Assembly: GCA_965541585.1 (NCBI GenBank) | Contig: CBEUCH010000005.1 | Location: 96,001-160,000 of the forward strand | DNA length: 64,000 nucleotides | Direction of reading: 5' to 3' | Origin: an uncultured bacterium | Lineage (GTDB): Bacteria; Zixibacteria; MSB-5A5; UBA10806 | Part shown: positions 1 to 9,557 of the stretch, in pieces | Layout of the letters: every line of letters starts with the position of its first letter | How positions within the stretch are numbered: the first letter of the stretch is position 1 | Position numbers and translations under genes: made by a program | Notes under the pieces: model-generated | The model's input: the letters and a program-made list of their open reading frames with translations, nothing else | Database searches by the model: none | Told to the model about the DNA's origin: nothing

Positions 1-450
1 GTTGTCGGCCGAATGGTTATCGGAAATTATAAACTCACCTTTTGCCAGAGGCATAAATTCCATCTCGTTGGACTGCTTCGATTCCGAACCATCGGGGGCC
101 ACCGTGCGGACGGTCAGATGGTAGGTCCATCCATTCTCCAGGCCGGTGATCTCGAATGATTCCCTGGTAATGTCGCCATCGGTATCACCTGGATAGGGAG
201 TGCTATTGTAGAGCTCCGCATGAGATTTATGCCAGTCCGGGAATCTTCCATTCAGGGGTTTCCGGGATAGATATACATTATAGCCTGAAATTAATTGCCC
301 TTCCCTGCGGTTCACCGACCAGCGTATGATCGCCCCTTTGCTGATCGTATGGACCTTCAAATCATATGGCGATGGAATACGCCCCGATTCTCTCGGTCCG
401 GGAATACAGCTCAGGGAGGCAATGGTCAACCAGAGGCCGACAATCGTCAA
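1..450 (-). CDS. Fibronectin-III-domain lipoprotein, partial (runs off the window edge)
   Basis: Not in the ORF track. Manual translation from TTG at 450: LTIVGLWLTIASLSC IPGPRESGRIPSPYDLKV...IIRWSV...SGYNVYLS...FEITGLENGWTYHLTVRTV. It has a lipobox-like LSC and FN3 signatures, is open to base 1, and abuts the upstream stop at 455. Start uncertain. Confidence 0.7.
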   Translation of the reverse strand, partial: MTIVGLWLTIASLSCIPGPRESGRIPSPYDLKVHTISKGAIIRWSVNRREGQLISGYNVYLSRKPLNGRFPDWHKSHAELYNSTPYPGDTDGDITRESFEITGLENGWTYHLTVRTVAPDGSESKQSNEMEFMPLAKGEFIISDNHSADN

Positions 451-454
451 CTTC

Positions 455-1180
455 CTAACGGAAATAATAGACCACTCCTGCGCTCAACTGCGAGATATCA
501 TGTTCGATCCTGAATTTGCTTAAGAATCTCGGGGGCTCAAAAGCTCGCAGGTTCCCGGAGCCTTTATACCATCTACCCTTGATATTGATCCAGATTTTGC
601 GTGTCACCCTGACAAAAGTCCCGGCCTCAAAATGGCCTCCGACGGACGATCCCGTATCGCGATAAGCATCCTGACGAAAACCGTCGTTTATAAAATCGTC
701 CAGCCGCATTGCGAAAATCGATATCCCGATCCCCACGTAGGGAACGACAGGCTGCCGGACTGAGAAATCGAGGAGAACGGGGATGGTGGCGGAGAATATG
801 CCCACCTGGTATTCTAACTCATGCTGCAGGAGTGGCGTGCCCTGAGTCGGATAATTATTATTGACTATATCGCCGCTGGATTTTAGCCGGTAGACCGAAA
901 AACCGACGTCCAGAGCAAAGTTCGGATAAAAGCGGTAAAAATATCCGGCCCCCATAACTGGCGCACTGCCGAATCTGTCTATCTTATCGACGGTATTATT
1001 AAACCGCACACTGTATGTGTCATTGATGAAGTCGAAGAAATCGGCGAAAGCGGGGCCGTTTACCACGCCGATGTTTCCATAGAATCCCTCGGTGAACACT
1101 CTTTCTCTGGTAGATTCAGGCTGGCTGGCCGCGGAAGCCACAAAAAAGAAAAAACTCGCAATCAGCACCAAGCTCTTCAT
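455..1180 (-). CDS. Outer-membrane beta-barrel protein (OmpW/OmpA-like)
   Basis: Signal peptide MKSLVLIASFFFFVASAAS from ATG 1180 (the ORF-track start at 1321 looks too long); PYVGIGI motif; alternating strands; C-terminal VYYFR. Confidence 0.75.
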   Translation of the reverse strand: MKSLVLIASFFFFVASAASQPESTRERVFTEGFYGNIGVVNGPAFADFFDFINDTYSVRFNNTVDKIDRFGSAPVMGAGYFYRFYPNFALDVGFSVYRLKSSGDIVNNNYPTQGTPLLQHELEYQVGIFSATIPVLLDFSVRQPVVPYVGIGISIFAMRLDDFINDGFRQDAYRDTGSSVGGHFEAGTFVRVTRKIWINIKGRWYKGSGNLRAFEPPRFLSKFRIEHDISQLSAGVVYYFR

Positions 1181-1402
1181 GCGGGGGAATCTATCGGATA
1201 TGTTTTTGAAAATCAACTTAAAAAATCTTGATGATGCACAGACATAAAGCGAGATTCTCTCGGAAAATATCCAGAATAAAAGAGGGAACATGGAAGAATT
1301 AAGAGAATGACTACAGGTCAAATAGTCTATCCATTGCTATTGCTGAAGAGAGACGACTATTAGAACAAAACAGTCGCCTAACAAACCTGATGCATTATCA
1401 AA

Positions 1403-4267
1403 TCAGCGCAAGAGGATCATCCGTCGCGAGATCGAATCCTCATCGAGCATAAGGCGGTAGAAATAGACACCCGATGGCAGGTCGCTGCCGCCCCAGGTGA
1501 CGAAATGATTGCCCGCCGGGTATTCGCCGTCGGCCAGGACCTCGACCTTCTGGCCCAGAACATTGTACACAGCCAGATGTATTCGAGCATTTCCGTTAAG
1601 CCTGAACCTGATTTTAGTCTCAGCATTGAAGGGATTGGGGTAATTCTGAGAGAGAAACGCCGAGGGCAGGGAACTTGCCCCGCCGATCTCCACTATTTCG
1701 GTCCTCTGCTCGCCAAACATATCCATGGCCGTGATAAACAGATCTCTGGCGGGGGTATCACCCATAGGGTAGATTGGAAACGTCAGGTAAACCGTTTTAG
1801 AATTATCATACTCGACATAAATCCCGACCGGCCGGCCGTCGAAAAGCGTATCCCCGGAGGCCGATATATATTCGTAGATCGGTGCGGAGCCCTCATTCAG
1901 ATCCATGACATCAATTGCGATCAGGAGCCCATCCCATGCCGGTAACACTCTTTCGGGGATGATGTTTAGATCCGGCCATCCCTCAACACCCCTGGCTCCG
2001 GAAAAATCGGGGCTCAAAGTGGTATTGACACTGTTAATCGATAGATATTCGAAAGGAAAGCTCCCTTCCTCAAAATCCAGCGGTCGCCCCATGCCGTAAC
2101 CGATAAAAGAGCGCCATCCGGCGAAGAATAAATTGCCTCCAGCCTCCAGGTAATCAGCCAGATGCCGATCGATTTCGGCCAGATACTGGTTGGTCGGATC
2201 ATCATCCACCCAGACCAGCGTCGAATAGGGGCCCAGATCGTTGATCCTCAACAGCCCTTCGTCAGCGACATCATGGAAGGTTATCTGGTACCCCTCCGAT
2301 ATAAACTCATAAAACAGATTCTGTTCCTCGTCGGTGGGATTTCCCTGACCTCCTGAGAAATCACGGGTCTCGTCGACAAAGAGAATACCCGAATCAAGAC
2401 TGATTATCTTGCCATAATCATCTGGCGAGGGCTCGCTTTCAAGCCCCGTGGTATCTACCTGCGTGACGTAGTAGTAATAGCGCAAATTCGACTGGAGGTC
2501 CTCATCGACATATTCCTCGCCGTCATATACCTGATGATATGCTTGATAATCGCCCTCCTGACCGATTCTCCTGTATACCTGATAGTAATCGAAATCGAGT
2601 TCGGGGGTAGTAACCCACTGGATTCGCAATTGCTCCGGCTCGGGTATCACGAACAGTGTATCCGGTCTTATGGGAACGCTGCTTGTGGTAAGCTGCACAA
2701 ATTCATCTATCAGGCTCCGGCCACCGTCGGCCGTAAAACCGGCGATCCCGAAATAATAGGTGGTGCTCTCATCGAGATTAAAGACGGTGTCAGCAGCCGC
2801 ATAGGAGGTATCATAAAGCGAAACGTCGTCCTCGGATGTTCCGAGGTACACCTCGTATCCTATAATCTCCACATCGGGCGATGGATCCCACTGAAGGTAA
2901 ACTGTATGGCCATCACCCGCGTTGAACGCTTCCAGACCCGTTATGGGAGCAGGCGCCTCCAGTGCTATGAGAAGCATGCCCAGATTGGACCTTGCGATCT
3001 CGGTCGCGTACTCCACGTCAATATTATCAATTATGTCGGTTTGCTGATGCCAGTTGGGTGAAAAATCGCTTTCCGCCGAATACACCGTCCGAATTCCTGC
3101 CTGATCGAATGGAAAATGATCCGAGCCGGAGAAATGACCAACATAGATCTCCGGTATCAGATACGTATATTCTTCGGCGATCTCCTCCAGGACTCTCCCA
3201 TAGGCAAGTCCGCCCTCGTTGCAATTTATATCGAAATTCAGGTAGCCGTCCGCTACATTGCCGATCATGTCGGCGTTTATCATCAATCCGATATCCTCTC
3301 CCCTCTGGAGAGCATCCGCAACATAAGCCCAGCTTCCTATCAGCCCTTGCTCTTCGGCCCCAAAGGTAATGAAGCGGACCGATTGCTTGAAAGGCGTATC
3401 GGCCAGCACCCGGGCTATTTCCATAGTCATAGCAGTGCCGCTGCCATTGTCATCGGCCCCGGGAGCAAATACGTTGGGGTCGCCGCCGTCATAGACCACT
3501 GCATCGCAATGGCCTCCCAGAATCAAAAACCTGTCAGGGTGAATCTCACCGACCTTGCTGGCGATCACATTGCGGGAATAGTTGCATTGCCATCCGGTAG
3601 GAAATTCTTGAAACGCTACGTCCTCGTATCCCCAGGATACAAATCTATCGTAAATCCACTGGCTGGCGGTCCAGAATGAATCGGTGCAGGTATACCGCGT
3701 ATGAAAATCCTGTAATCGTTGAATATATGCCCTGACCGAATCGACCGAGACGAGCGCCATTAGAGAATCTATATCGGTTGTTAGCGACTCCCGCGACCGC
3801 GGTTTCGCAGGGACGAAAAATGGCGGATCAGAAGGCAGGTCAATTCTCTGACATCTGGACAGACTGATCCCCGAGGCCATGAGATTTTGCGCCTCCCCGT
3901 ACGATAATTTAAGAAGCCGGAAATTGGGAGTACTCAATAGCAGGCCCGGCGGCTGGGATCGATCCTCGTCCCGTCCGCTCACCCACAACTTTTCGATATC
4001 GGGCGATCGATCAACCAGCACGGCCGAATCATCTATAGACTTTAAGCGATCCAGATTACCGTCTCTTAGCAGAGCTACAGCCCGATTATCCAATTTTGCA
4101 ATTACAATAAGATCGCATACGTTTCTTGCCGCCGATATCTTCGCCCTGTCGAATGCGATGAGATTCTCGGCAGCCCGACCGGGAGCCGCTACAACACAAA
4201 CCCCGACTGTGGCCAGCAACAAGTAAAGACCAAGCCTTCTAATCATTGTATATCCTTTTTTCAGCAC
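1403..4267 (-). CDS. Secreted M28-family aminopeptidase with FN3 domains and C-terminal FlgD/T9SS-like sorting domain
   Basis: GGHCD, GADDNGSG, AEEQGLIGS, DMIG, SDHFPF and WH motifs; FN3 repeats; QNYPNPFN tail. Start may be ATG 4246. Confidence 0.9.
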   Translation of the reverse strand: MLKKGYTMIRRLGLYLLLATVGVCVVAAPGRAAENLIAFDRAKISAARNVCDLIVIAKLDNRAVALLRDGNLDRLKSIDDSAVLVDRSPDIEKLWVSGRDEDRSQPPGLLLSTPNFRLLKLSYGEAQNLMASGISLSRCQRIDLPSDPPFFVPAKPRSRESLTTDIDSLMALVSVDSVRAYIQRLQDFHTRYTCTDSFWTASQWIYDRFVSWGYEDVAFQEFPTGWQCNYSRNVIASKVGEIHPDRFLILGGHCDAVVYDGGDPNVFAPGADDNGSGTAMTMEIARVLADTPFKQSVRFITFGAEEQGLIGSWAYVADALQRGEDIGLMINADMIGNVADGYLNFDINCNEGGLAYGRVLEEIAEEYTYLIPEIYVGHFSGSDHFPFDQAGIRTVYSAESDFSPNWHQQTDIIDNIDVEYATEIARSNLGMLLIALEAPAPITGLEAFNAGDGHTVYLQWDPSPDVEIIGYEVYLGTSEDDVSLYDTSYAAADTVFNLDESTTYYFGIAGFTADGGRSLIDEFVQLTTSSVPIRPDTLFVIPEPEQLRIQWVTTPELDFDYYQVYRRIGQEGDYQAYHQVYDGEEYVDEDLQSNLRYYYYVTQVDTTGLESEPSPDDYGKIISLDSGILFVDETRDFSGGQGNPTDEEQNLFYEFISEGYQITFHDVADEGLLRINDLGPYSTLVWVDDDPTNQYLAEIDRHLADYLEAGGNLFFAGWRSFIGYGMGRPLDFEEGSFPFEYLSINSVNTTLSPDFSGARGVEGWPDLNIIPERVLPAWDGLLIAIDVMDLNEGSAPIYEYISASGDTLFDGRPVGIYVEYDNSKTVYLTFPIYPMGDTPARDLFITAMDMFGEQRTEIVEIGGASSLPSAFLSQNYPNPFNAETKIRFRLNGNARIHLAVYNVLGQKVEVLADGEYPAGNHFVTWGGSDLPSGVYFYRLMLDEDSISRRMILLR

Positions 4268-4377
4268 AAATCCTTAGCTTTTGCGCTCGATAAATCCCCC
4301 TTAACGTTTGTCAACCTCGGCCCATCAGAATCCAGCCATTTTTCGCCGGCGGGCCGCTAATTACACTTTACAATTAG

Positions 4378-4406
4378 ATAATATAATAGGTTTCCAGATT
4401 TGTCAA
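4378..4406 (-). promoter_or_regulatory. Sigma70-type promoter for the M28 peptidase
   Basis: TTGACA-17 bp-TATTAT on the minus strand. Confidence 0.6.
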
Positions 4407-4483
4407 ACAAAAATGATCACTTGGACCTATATCATATCGGCGAATATCCATGTTGTCTCGGTTTTTGAAAATATCTGATTTTT

Positions 4484-4510
4484 AAATCCCGGGATTTGTC
4501 TCCCGGGATT
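4484..4510 (-). terminator. Hairpin closing the ArsR small-ORF unit
   Basis: Inverted repeat AAATCCCGGGA/TCCCGGGATTT with a 6-nt loop, downstream of the small ORFs. Confidence 0.5.
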
Positions 4511-4578
4511 TGGATGACTATTTGCGGGGAAATTATCCAACGAATAACCGTGGGGGCAGTTTTGCGTCATGCCCGGGA

Positions 4579-4638
4579 CTAAGGACTGCAGCCTTCGCTG
4601 CAATGAGCGATTCTGGGAATGCCAAATCTACGCATCAT
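4579..4638 (-). CDS. Putative 19-aa Cys-containing peptide MMRRFGIPRIAHCSEGCSP
   Basis: GAGGAGG Shine-Dalgarno directly upstream of tandem ATGs; in line with the arsR unit. Confidence 0.4.
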   Translation of the reverse strand: MMRRFGIPRIAHCSEGCSP

Positions 4639-4693
4639 ATCCTCCTCGTTAAAGGGTGATCTCCACTGAACATACCAGCTTCCGGAGATTACC

Positions 4694-4864
4694 TCAGTCT
4701 TTCTTCTCCTTCTCAGGGGGACAGCAATCCATTTTGACCGTCTTCCCCGCTCCAAACATCGGCATGCAGCATGAAAACGAATCCTTCAATTTTTTGCCGG
4801 TCACCTCGATCCGAAAACCGTCATCGGTTTCGGTAACTTTGATTTGTCCGTGTTCCTTCTCCAT
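4694..4864 (-). CDS. 56-aa small protein with two Cys-Cys pairs (candidate metal(loid) binder)
   Basis: AAAGGAGGTGA Shine-Dalgarno; MEKEHGQIKVTETDDGFRIEVTGKKLKDSFSCCMPMFGAGKTVKMDCCPPEKEKKD; below the ORF-track cutoff. Confidence 0.8.
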   Translation of the reverse strand: MEKEHGQIKVTETDDGFRIEVTGKKLKDSFSCCMPMFGAGKTVKMDCCPPEKEKKD

Positions 4865-4894
4865 CCAATTCACCTCCTTTTATTACCGCTCTTG

Positions 4895-4908
4895 CATATA
4901 TATATATG
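4895..4908. promoter_or_regulatory. Putative ArsR operator, copy 1
   Basis: Palindrome CATATA-TA-TATATG upstream of the 56-aa ORF; matches the copy at 5307-5320. Confidence 0.55.
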
Positions 4909-4940
4909 CACATATAACGATAAATGTTCCAAAAAAATAA

Positions 4941-5252
4941 CTATTTTTTGCTTTTTTTTCGCTTTCCGGCCCTCGGTACCGGAATATCCAGGCAATCGCA
5001 GAAGCCGATACAGCATATTTCCACATTCTTCTTTATCAGGCTATAGTACACTTTTTGCTTATCGCGGCGGTCAATGACGATTCCCGCTTCCCTGAGGATG
5101 GCGAGATGACGGCTCACGGTCGGTTGAGACAGCCCGATGGCACTGGTTATGTCGTTGACTGTCATCTCCTTAGATGATAAAAGCGTGACGATCCGCAGCC
5201 GCGAAAGATCGCCGAAAGCTTTGAAATATTTGCTGAATACCTTTTCGTCCAT
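4941..5252 (-). CDS. arsR: ArsR/SmtB-family metalloregulator
   Basis: FKAFGDLSRLRI and SQPTVSRHLAILREAG helix-turn-helix; C-terminal CCIGFCDC cluster. Confidence 0.9.
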   Translation of the reverse strand: MDEKVFSKYFKAFGDLSRLRIVTLLSSKEMTVNDITSAIGLSQPTVSRHLAILREAGIVIDRRDKQKVYYSLIKKNVEICCIGFCDCLDIPVPRAGKRKKSKK

Positions 5253-5306
5253 CTCAAAAACCGTCTGCCACGTTTAAAGTGATCTCCGCCCAATTAATTA
5301 CATCTA

Positions 5307-5320
5307 CATATAATTATATG
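5307..5320. promoter_or_regulatory. Putative ArsR operator, copy 2 (autoregulatory)
   Basis: Palindrome CATATA-AT-TATATG upstream of arsR. Confidence 0.55.
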
Positions 5321-5398
5321 TGTATAGGCAAATGTTCCCGATGTCAAAGAGTTTTTCGGTTGTTAACGGAAATTGAAATGTCGTCCCGCGAGCCGGAA

Positions 5399-6109
5399 TC
5401 AAAACTCATAGCCCAGACCTAATCTCAGAGAGGTGCCGCCGATATTCAAATCCCGCAGTTCAAGACTCCTGTCTGAATCGGATATTGCCAACTCCCAGTC
5501 CGATTCGGCATATTCATATCCTAGTTCGCCGTTGAGAAAAATATTTCCGATCAGAGCATAATCGAAGCCGGCTAAGAAACTAATAGTGATAGGAGTTGTC
5601 GTTTCATCCCGCAGAGATTCCCCCAGGGGCGGACTCCACCCGCCGGTCGTCTCCTGTTCCCATTCCGCAATATATAGCCCCGGTCCTATTCCAATGTAAG
5701 GGGCGAAACTCGAATTATTCCCCGCAAGTTTATGGATTAGAATCAGCTCGATCGAGTAGACTTTAAGCTCACCTTTATACTCCAATATCTCCCAGATTTG
5801 TCCCCGGATTTGGGCTTCCCTGGTAAGCGAGCGCGTCCCCAGACCCAATCGAAGCCCCCACCGGGGGAAACAATATGCAGCCTGCAGGCCGAAATCGATT
5901 CCGTCGCCGAAACCCATACTCCCGCCGTACCATTGCCAACGGTATGGCTGCCCTGGCGTTTCCGCCGGTCCCTGAATAAGCCAGTCCTGTGGCGCGAAAT
6001 GACCTATTCGAATACCGATCCTCATACGCCCCTCTGATGCAGAAGCGCTCAATGCTGATACTGACAGCAAAAGCAGTACCGGAATAATAAAGCGCGACAA
6101 TTTATTCAT
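5399..6109 (-). CDS. Outer-membrane beta-barrel protein (paralog A)
   Basis: Signal peptide, PYIGIG motif, C-terminal IGGTSLRLGLGYEF. Confidence 0.8.
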   Translation of the reverse strand: MNKLSRFIIPVLLLLSVSALSASASEGRMRIGIRIGHFAPQDWLIQGPAETPGQPYRWQWYGGSMGFGDGIDFGLQAAYCFPRWGLRLGLGTRSLTREAQIRGQIWEILEYKGELKVYSIELILIHKLAGNNSSFAPYIGIGPGLYIAEWEQETTGGWSPPLGESLRDETTTPITISFLAGFDYALIGNIFLNGELGYEYAESDWELAISDSDRSLELRDLNIGGTSLRLGLGYEF

Positions 6110-6152
6110 ATTATTAACCTCGTTATCATAGAGCCTATCACATCCCGGAATC

Positions 6153-6863
6153 CTAAAAACTATATCCCAGCCCCAGTTTCAAGGAAGTGCCCCCGATATC
6201 GAGATCTCTTATCTTCTCCCTCGCGTCCGTATCCTGGTTTTTCAGCTCCCAATTCAATTCTGCGTAGCTATAGCGGTATTCGAACTGAAGATAAAGATTC
6301 CGCCAGAGATCATAATCGATACCGGTTAGAAAATGGACGCCGAATGGAGCGGACGACCCTTTAAGCCACACTCTGCTATATGAGTAGCTAGACGAATAAC
6401 TGTATTTTTCATCCCAATCGGCAAAATATATTCCGCCGCCGATCCCGAAATAGGGAGAGAAAAAGGTGTTCAGGATATCTGTACGCCGGATAAAACTCAA
6501 CGTAAATGGATTTACTACAAGCCTGTTCTCGTAGCGTGTTTCGGAAGTCTCTGTAATTATATCCAGTTTTCTTTTTATCATCAGGCGCCCGCCGGCGTCG
6601 AATCTCAGTTCCCATTGGCCGAGCCGATATTGGCCATAGAGAATTATATCTATCCCGTTGCCAAAACCCTCAAGATGACCTGAGGAGATTGAGCCATCCT
6701 GATCGCGCGAAATAGAAGTCCATCCCTGAATCTGCCAATGATGCGGGATAAAAGGGCCTATCTGCAGCCCGAATCGATAGAGATTCTCACCCGCAGACAC
6801 ACCGCCGAACGATATGACCATAAAAAATAGACAGAATGACAGGACTGCAAAAGTCTTTCTCAT
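6153..6863 (-). CDS. Outer-membrane beta-barrel protein (paralog B)
   Basis: Signal peptide, PYFGIGGG, C-terminal IGGTSLKLGLGYSF. Confidence 0.8.
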   Translation of the reverse strand: MRKTFAVLSFCLFFMVISFGGVSAGENLYRFGLQIGPFIPHHWQIQGWTSISRDQDGSISSGHLEGFGNGIDIILYGQYRLGQWELRFDAGGRLMIKRKLDIITETSETRYENRLVVNPFTLSFIRRTDILNTFFSPYFGIGGGIYFADWDEKYSYSSSYSYSRVWLKGSSAPFGVHFLTGIDYDLWRNLYLQFEYRYSYAELNWELKNQDTDAREKIRDLDIGGTSLKLGLGYSF

Positions 6864-6991
6864 TACTCCCTCCCGCGAGATACCGGGTTTAAAAAAACTG
6901 ACTAATGATGCGTATCAAAGATGTGCTTTTGCACTTCAGCCTAATATATATTACTTATACAAGCCCAACCAGATATTATTCCATATGATAC

Positions 6992-7027
6992 AAAAGAAAA
7001 GGGGCCGGCGATCAGACCGCCAGCCCC
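6992..7027 (-). terminator. Rho-independent terminator of gltA
   Basis: GGGGCTGGCG-loop-CGCCGGCCCC followed by TTTTCTTTT on the minus strand. Confidence 0.8.
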
Positions 7028-7053
7028 ATATGAAGCTAAAATGATACGGTCGG

Positions 7054-8334
7054 CTACGCCTGAGGCACCTGCGCCTTGATCCACTTGGTGGTCACGGACT
7101 TCGGACGTTCGATCGCGGTTCCTATGGCGCGGTTGACAATCAACTGCGAGCACATACCCATGGCACGCGAAACCGAGAACAAAACCGTGTAGTATGAGAA
7201 TTCCTTCATACCGAAGTGATACAAGAGGGCACCGGAACCGGCATCGACATTCGGCCACGGATTCTTGGCCTTGCCCTGTTCTCTTAAGACATCGGGAACG
7301 ATGTTGAATACCTTATCCATGATCTGGAAAACCGGATCGTCCGGCATAACCTTTTGACCAAAGGCCCGGAAAGCAACAAAACGGGGGTCGGTTACCCTGA
7401 GTACCGCATGACCATAACCGGGGATGACTTTACCGGAATTCAGGGTATCCCAGGTGAACTTAAGGATCTGATCGTCAGTGGGAACACCTTTGAACTTCTC
7501 ATGTACCATCAGAACCCAGCCTAAGCATTCCTGGTTGGCCAGGCCATGGAGAGGACCCGCCAGGCCGTTCAATCCCGCCGAGACTGCGTAGTATGCATCG
7601 GAAAGAGCCGAGCCGACGCAATGACATGTATGCGCGGAGACATTGCCACCCTCGTGATCGGAATGCAAAACCATATACAACCGCATCAGATCGGCAAACT
7701 TTCCGGTTGGGTCTTTAATACCGAGCATCCGCGCAAAGTTGCCGGCCCAGTCGAGATCCTTTTTTAGCGGGATCCTGTTGCCCTTTTTGAAACGAAGCTT
7801 GTACACCCCTGCCGCCAATCCGGGGAGCCTGGCGATGAGGTTTAATGAGTCCTCTAACGTCGGCATCCAGTAATCGGTCTTTTTCATTCCCTCGGTGTAC
7901 TGTTTTCGAAAAACCGATTCGCGCTCCATAACCAGGATACCGGTATCGAACATAGCCATCGGGTGCGAATCTTTCGGCATCGCCTCCAGGACTTTCCAGA
8001 CGTATGCCGGAACCCGGCCGCGCTCGGCCAGTTCTTTCTGAAGCGATTTCAAACTCGATTCGTCCGGTGATTCTCCCGTTACGAGAAGATAGAAGATCTC
8101 CTCGGGGAGCTTTTCGGTCAATTCGCCAATCGGTATTCCTCTTATCAACAAGCCTTTATCAGGAGGAACCTCAGAGGTATCGCAGACCATGCCCTTAACC
8201 CCCCGCATACCGCCATAGGCCTGGGTTACTGAAACATCGGAAATCTTAAAATCGCCATGAGCTTTTGCAAGAGTCCCGATCTCTTCTCGCCAAGCGGGAA
8301 TAAGAGACGCTAACTTGCTCTTTAACGTCGCCAT
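7054..8334 (-). CDS. gltA: Citrate (Si)-synthase, eukaryote-like type
   Basis: YGGMRG, HSDHEGGNVSAH, GLAGPLHGLANQE, PGYGHAVLR, WPNVDA and IERPKS motifs. Confidence 0.95.
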   Translation of the reverse strand: MATLKSKLASLIPAWREEIGTLAKAHGDFKISDVSVTQAYGGMRGVKGMVCDTSEVPPDKGLLIRGIPIGELTEKLPEEIFYLLVTGESPDESSLKSLQKELAERGRVPAYVWKVLEAMPKDSHPMAMFDTGILVMERESVFRKQYTEGMKKTDYWMPTLEDSLNLIARLPGLAAGVYKLRFKKGNRIPLKKDLDWAGNFARMLGIKDPTGKFADLMRLYMVLHSDHEGGNVSAHTCHCVGSALSDAYYAVSAGLNGLAGPLHGLANQECLGWVLMVHEKFKGVPTDDQILKFTWDTLNSGKVIPGYGHAVLRVTDPRFVAFRAFGQKVMPDDPVFQIMDKVFNIVPDVLREQGKAKNPWPNVDAGSGALLYHFGMKEFSYYTVLFSVSRAMGMCSQLIVNRAIGTAIERPKSVTTKWIKAQVPQA

Positions 8335-8539
8335 TCGGGTTCTCCTCTCTTTTCTTGTCCGATATCGGGATGTAGAATCTCCTGATTACTTCCCGGACAT
8401 TTCTTGTGATTTATTTCACTTTTAATCGCCAAAAATAATCCGCTGAGCGGATATCCATCAACTACAAATATAAATATTCGGTGAAGTTGATGTCAACAAA
8501 AAACGTGAGCTTCATCCAGAAATGGCCGGGGATCGCAGA

Positions 8540-9394
8540 TTACCGGATCAGCGCCATTTTGCTGGTTTGGGCGAAATTGTCAGTAGTCAGCCGGTAAAAG
8601 TAGATCCCCGAAGGGACATCGGCCTTGCTGTCATTTGTCCCGTTCCACGCCACCGTATGAATCCCCGCCTCGCTAAAATCCCTTAAAAGCGTTCTAATCC
8701 GCTGGCCCAATATGTTGTAGATTTCAATAGTTACCGTCTGCCCCTCCGGAAGGGCAAATTCGATCATAGTCACCGGATTAAAAGGATTGGGATAATTCTG
8801 CTTTAAGGAAAAGATGGTTGGAATCGCCTCTGCCAGATCGTCAATGCCGGTGGGATCGCCATAGGTAATAGTGCCCGTCACAAAATCGGGCGCAAAACCT
8901 GTAACTCCATCCGTGAGGCCGAATCTCGACGGGCCCCCGACCGGATCAACCGCCGCATCGATCGTCACGTATTGGTCGGGCGTGTCCGGTTCGATTCTGA
9001 AAACAAGGTTCATGATATGTGCCCGCTCATATCCGGTTATCAGAGGCGGATTGTCCTCACCACCGGTATCCCAGAATCCGAACAGTCTCAAAAATCCGCC
9101 TTCATCTATGAAATCGTAATAGATTTCATCCCAGAGTGCCAGATAGGGGGGATCGGGAACCGCATAAACCATGTCGATAGCGAAACCGCCCTCGGGGGCT
9201 TCGAACATTAAGGGCAGGTTGAAGTATGCAACGGAGTCATCGGTAACGGCATATATGGGCACTGTCACAAGGGTATCACCTGAATTCGAGACTACATCTC
9301 CGATAATGATACTATCGGGCGCTCCAGGATCCTGAGCAAGAACCACTCCGCTGGCAATAAAGAATAGGCTATTGATGGAAATCAGAAACTTCAT
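8540..9394 (-). CDS. Secreted cohesin-like domain protein with FlgD/T9SS-like tail
   Basis: Signal peptide, acidic beta-rich cohesin-like domain, QNYPNPFN tail. Confidence 0.75.
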   Translation of the reverse strand: MKFLISINSLFFIASGVVLAQDPGAPDSIIIGDVVSNSGDTLVTVPIYAVTDDSVAYFNLPLMFEAPEGGFAIDMVYAVPDPPYLALWDEIYYDFIDEGGFLRLFGFWDTGGEDNPPLITGYERAHIMNLVFRIEPDTPDQYVTIDAAVDPVGGPSRFGLTDGVTGFAPDFVTGTITYGDPTGIDDLAEAIPTIFSLKQNYPNPFNPVTMIEFALPEGQTVTIEIYNILGQRIRTLLRDFSEAGIHTVAWNGTNDSKADVPSGIYFYRLTTDNFAQTSKMALIR

Positions 9395-9557
9395 TGCACG
9401 TTTCTCCTTCGATAACGAAAACCGATGCCTTCGCCAAGGCTACATTCAATTTCGTCATTTGTATCTGATTTGTCAAGTGAATTATACAACAGCGAGACGG
9501 CCCTATCCCGCTATTCTATGACGCTATGCTCTATGAATAATTGGGGTGCTGAGAACC

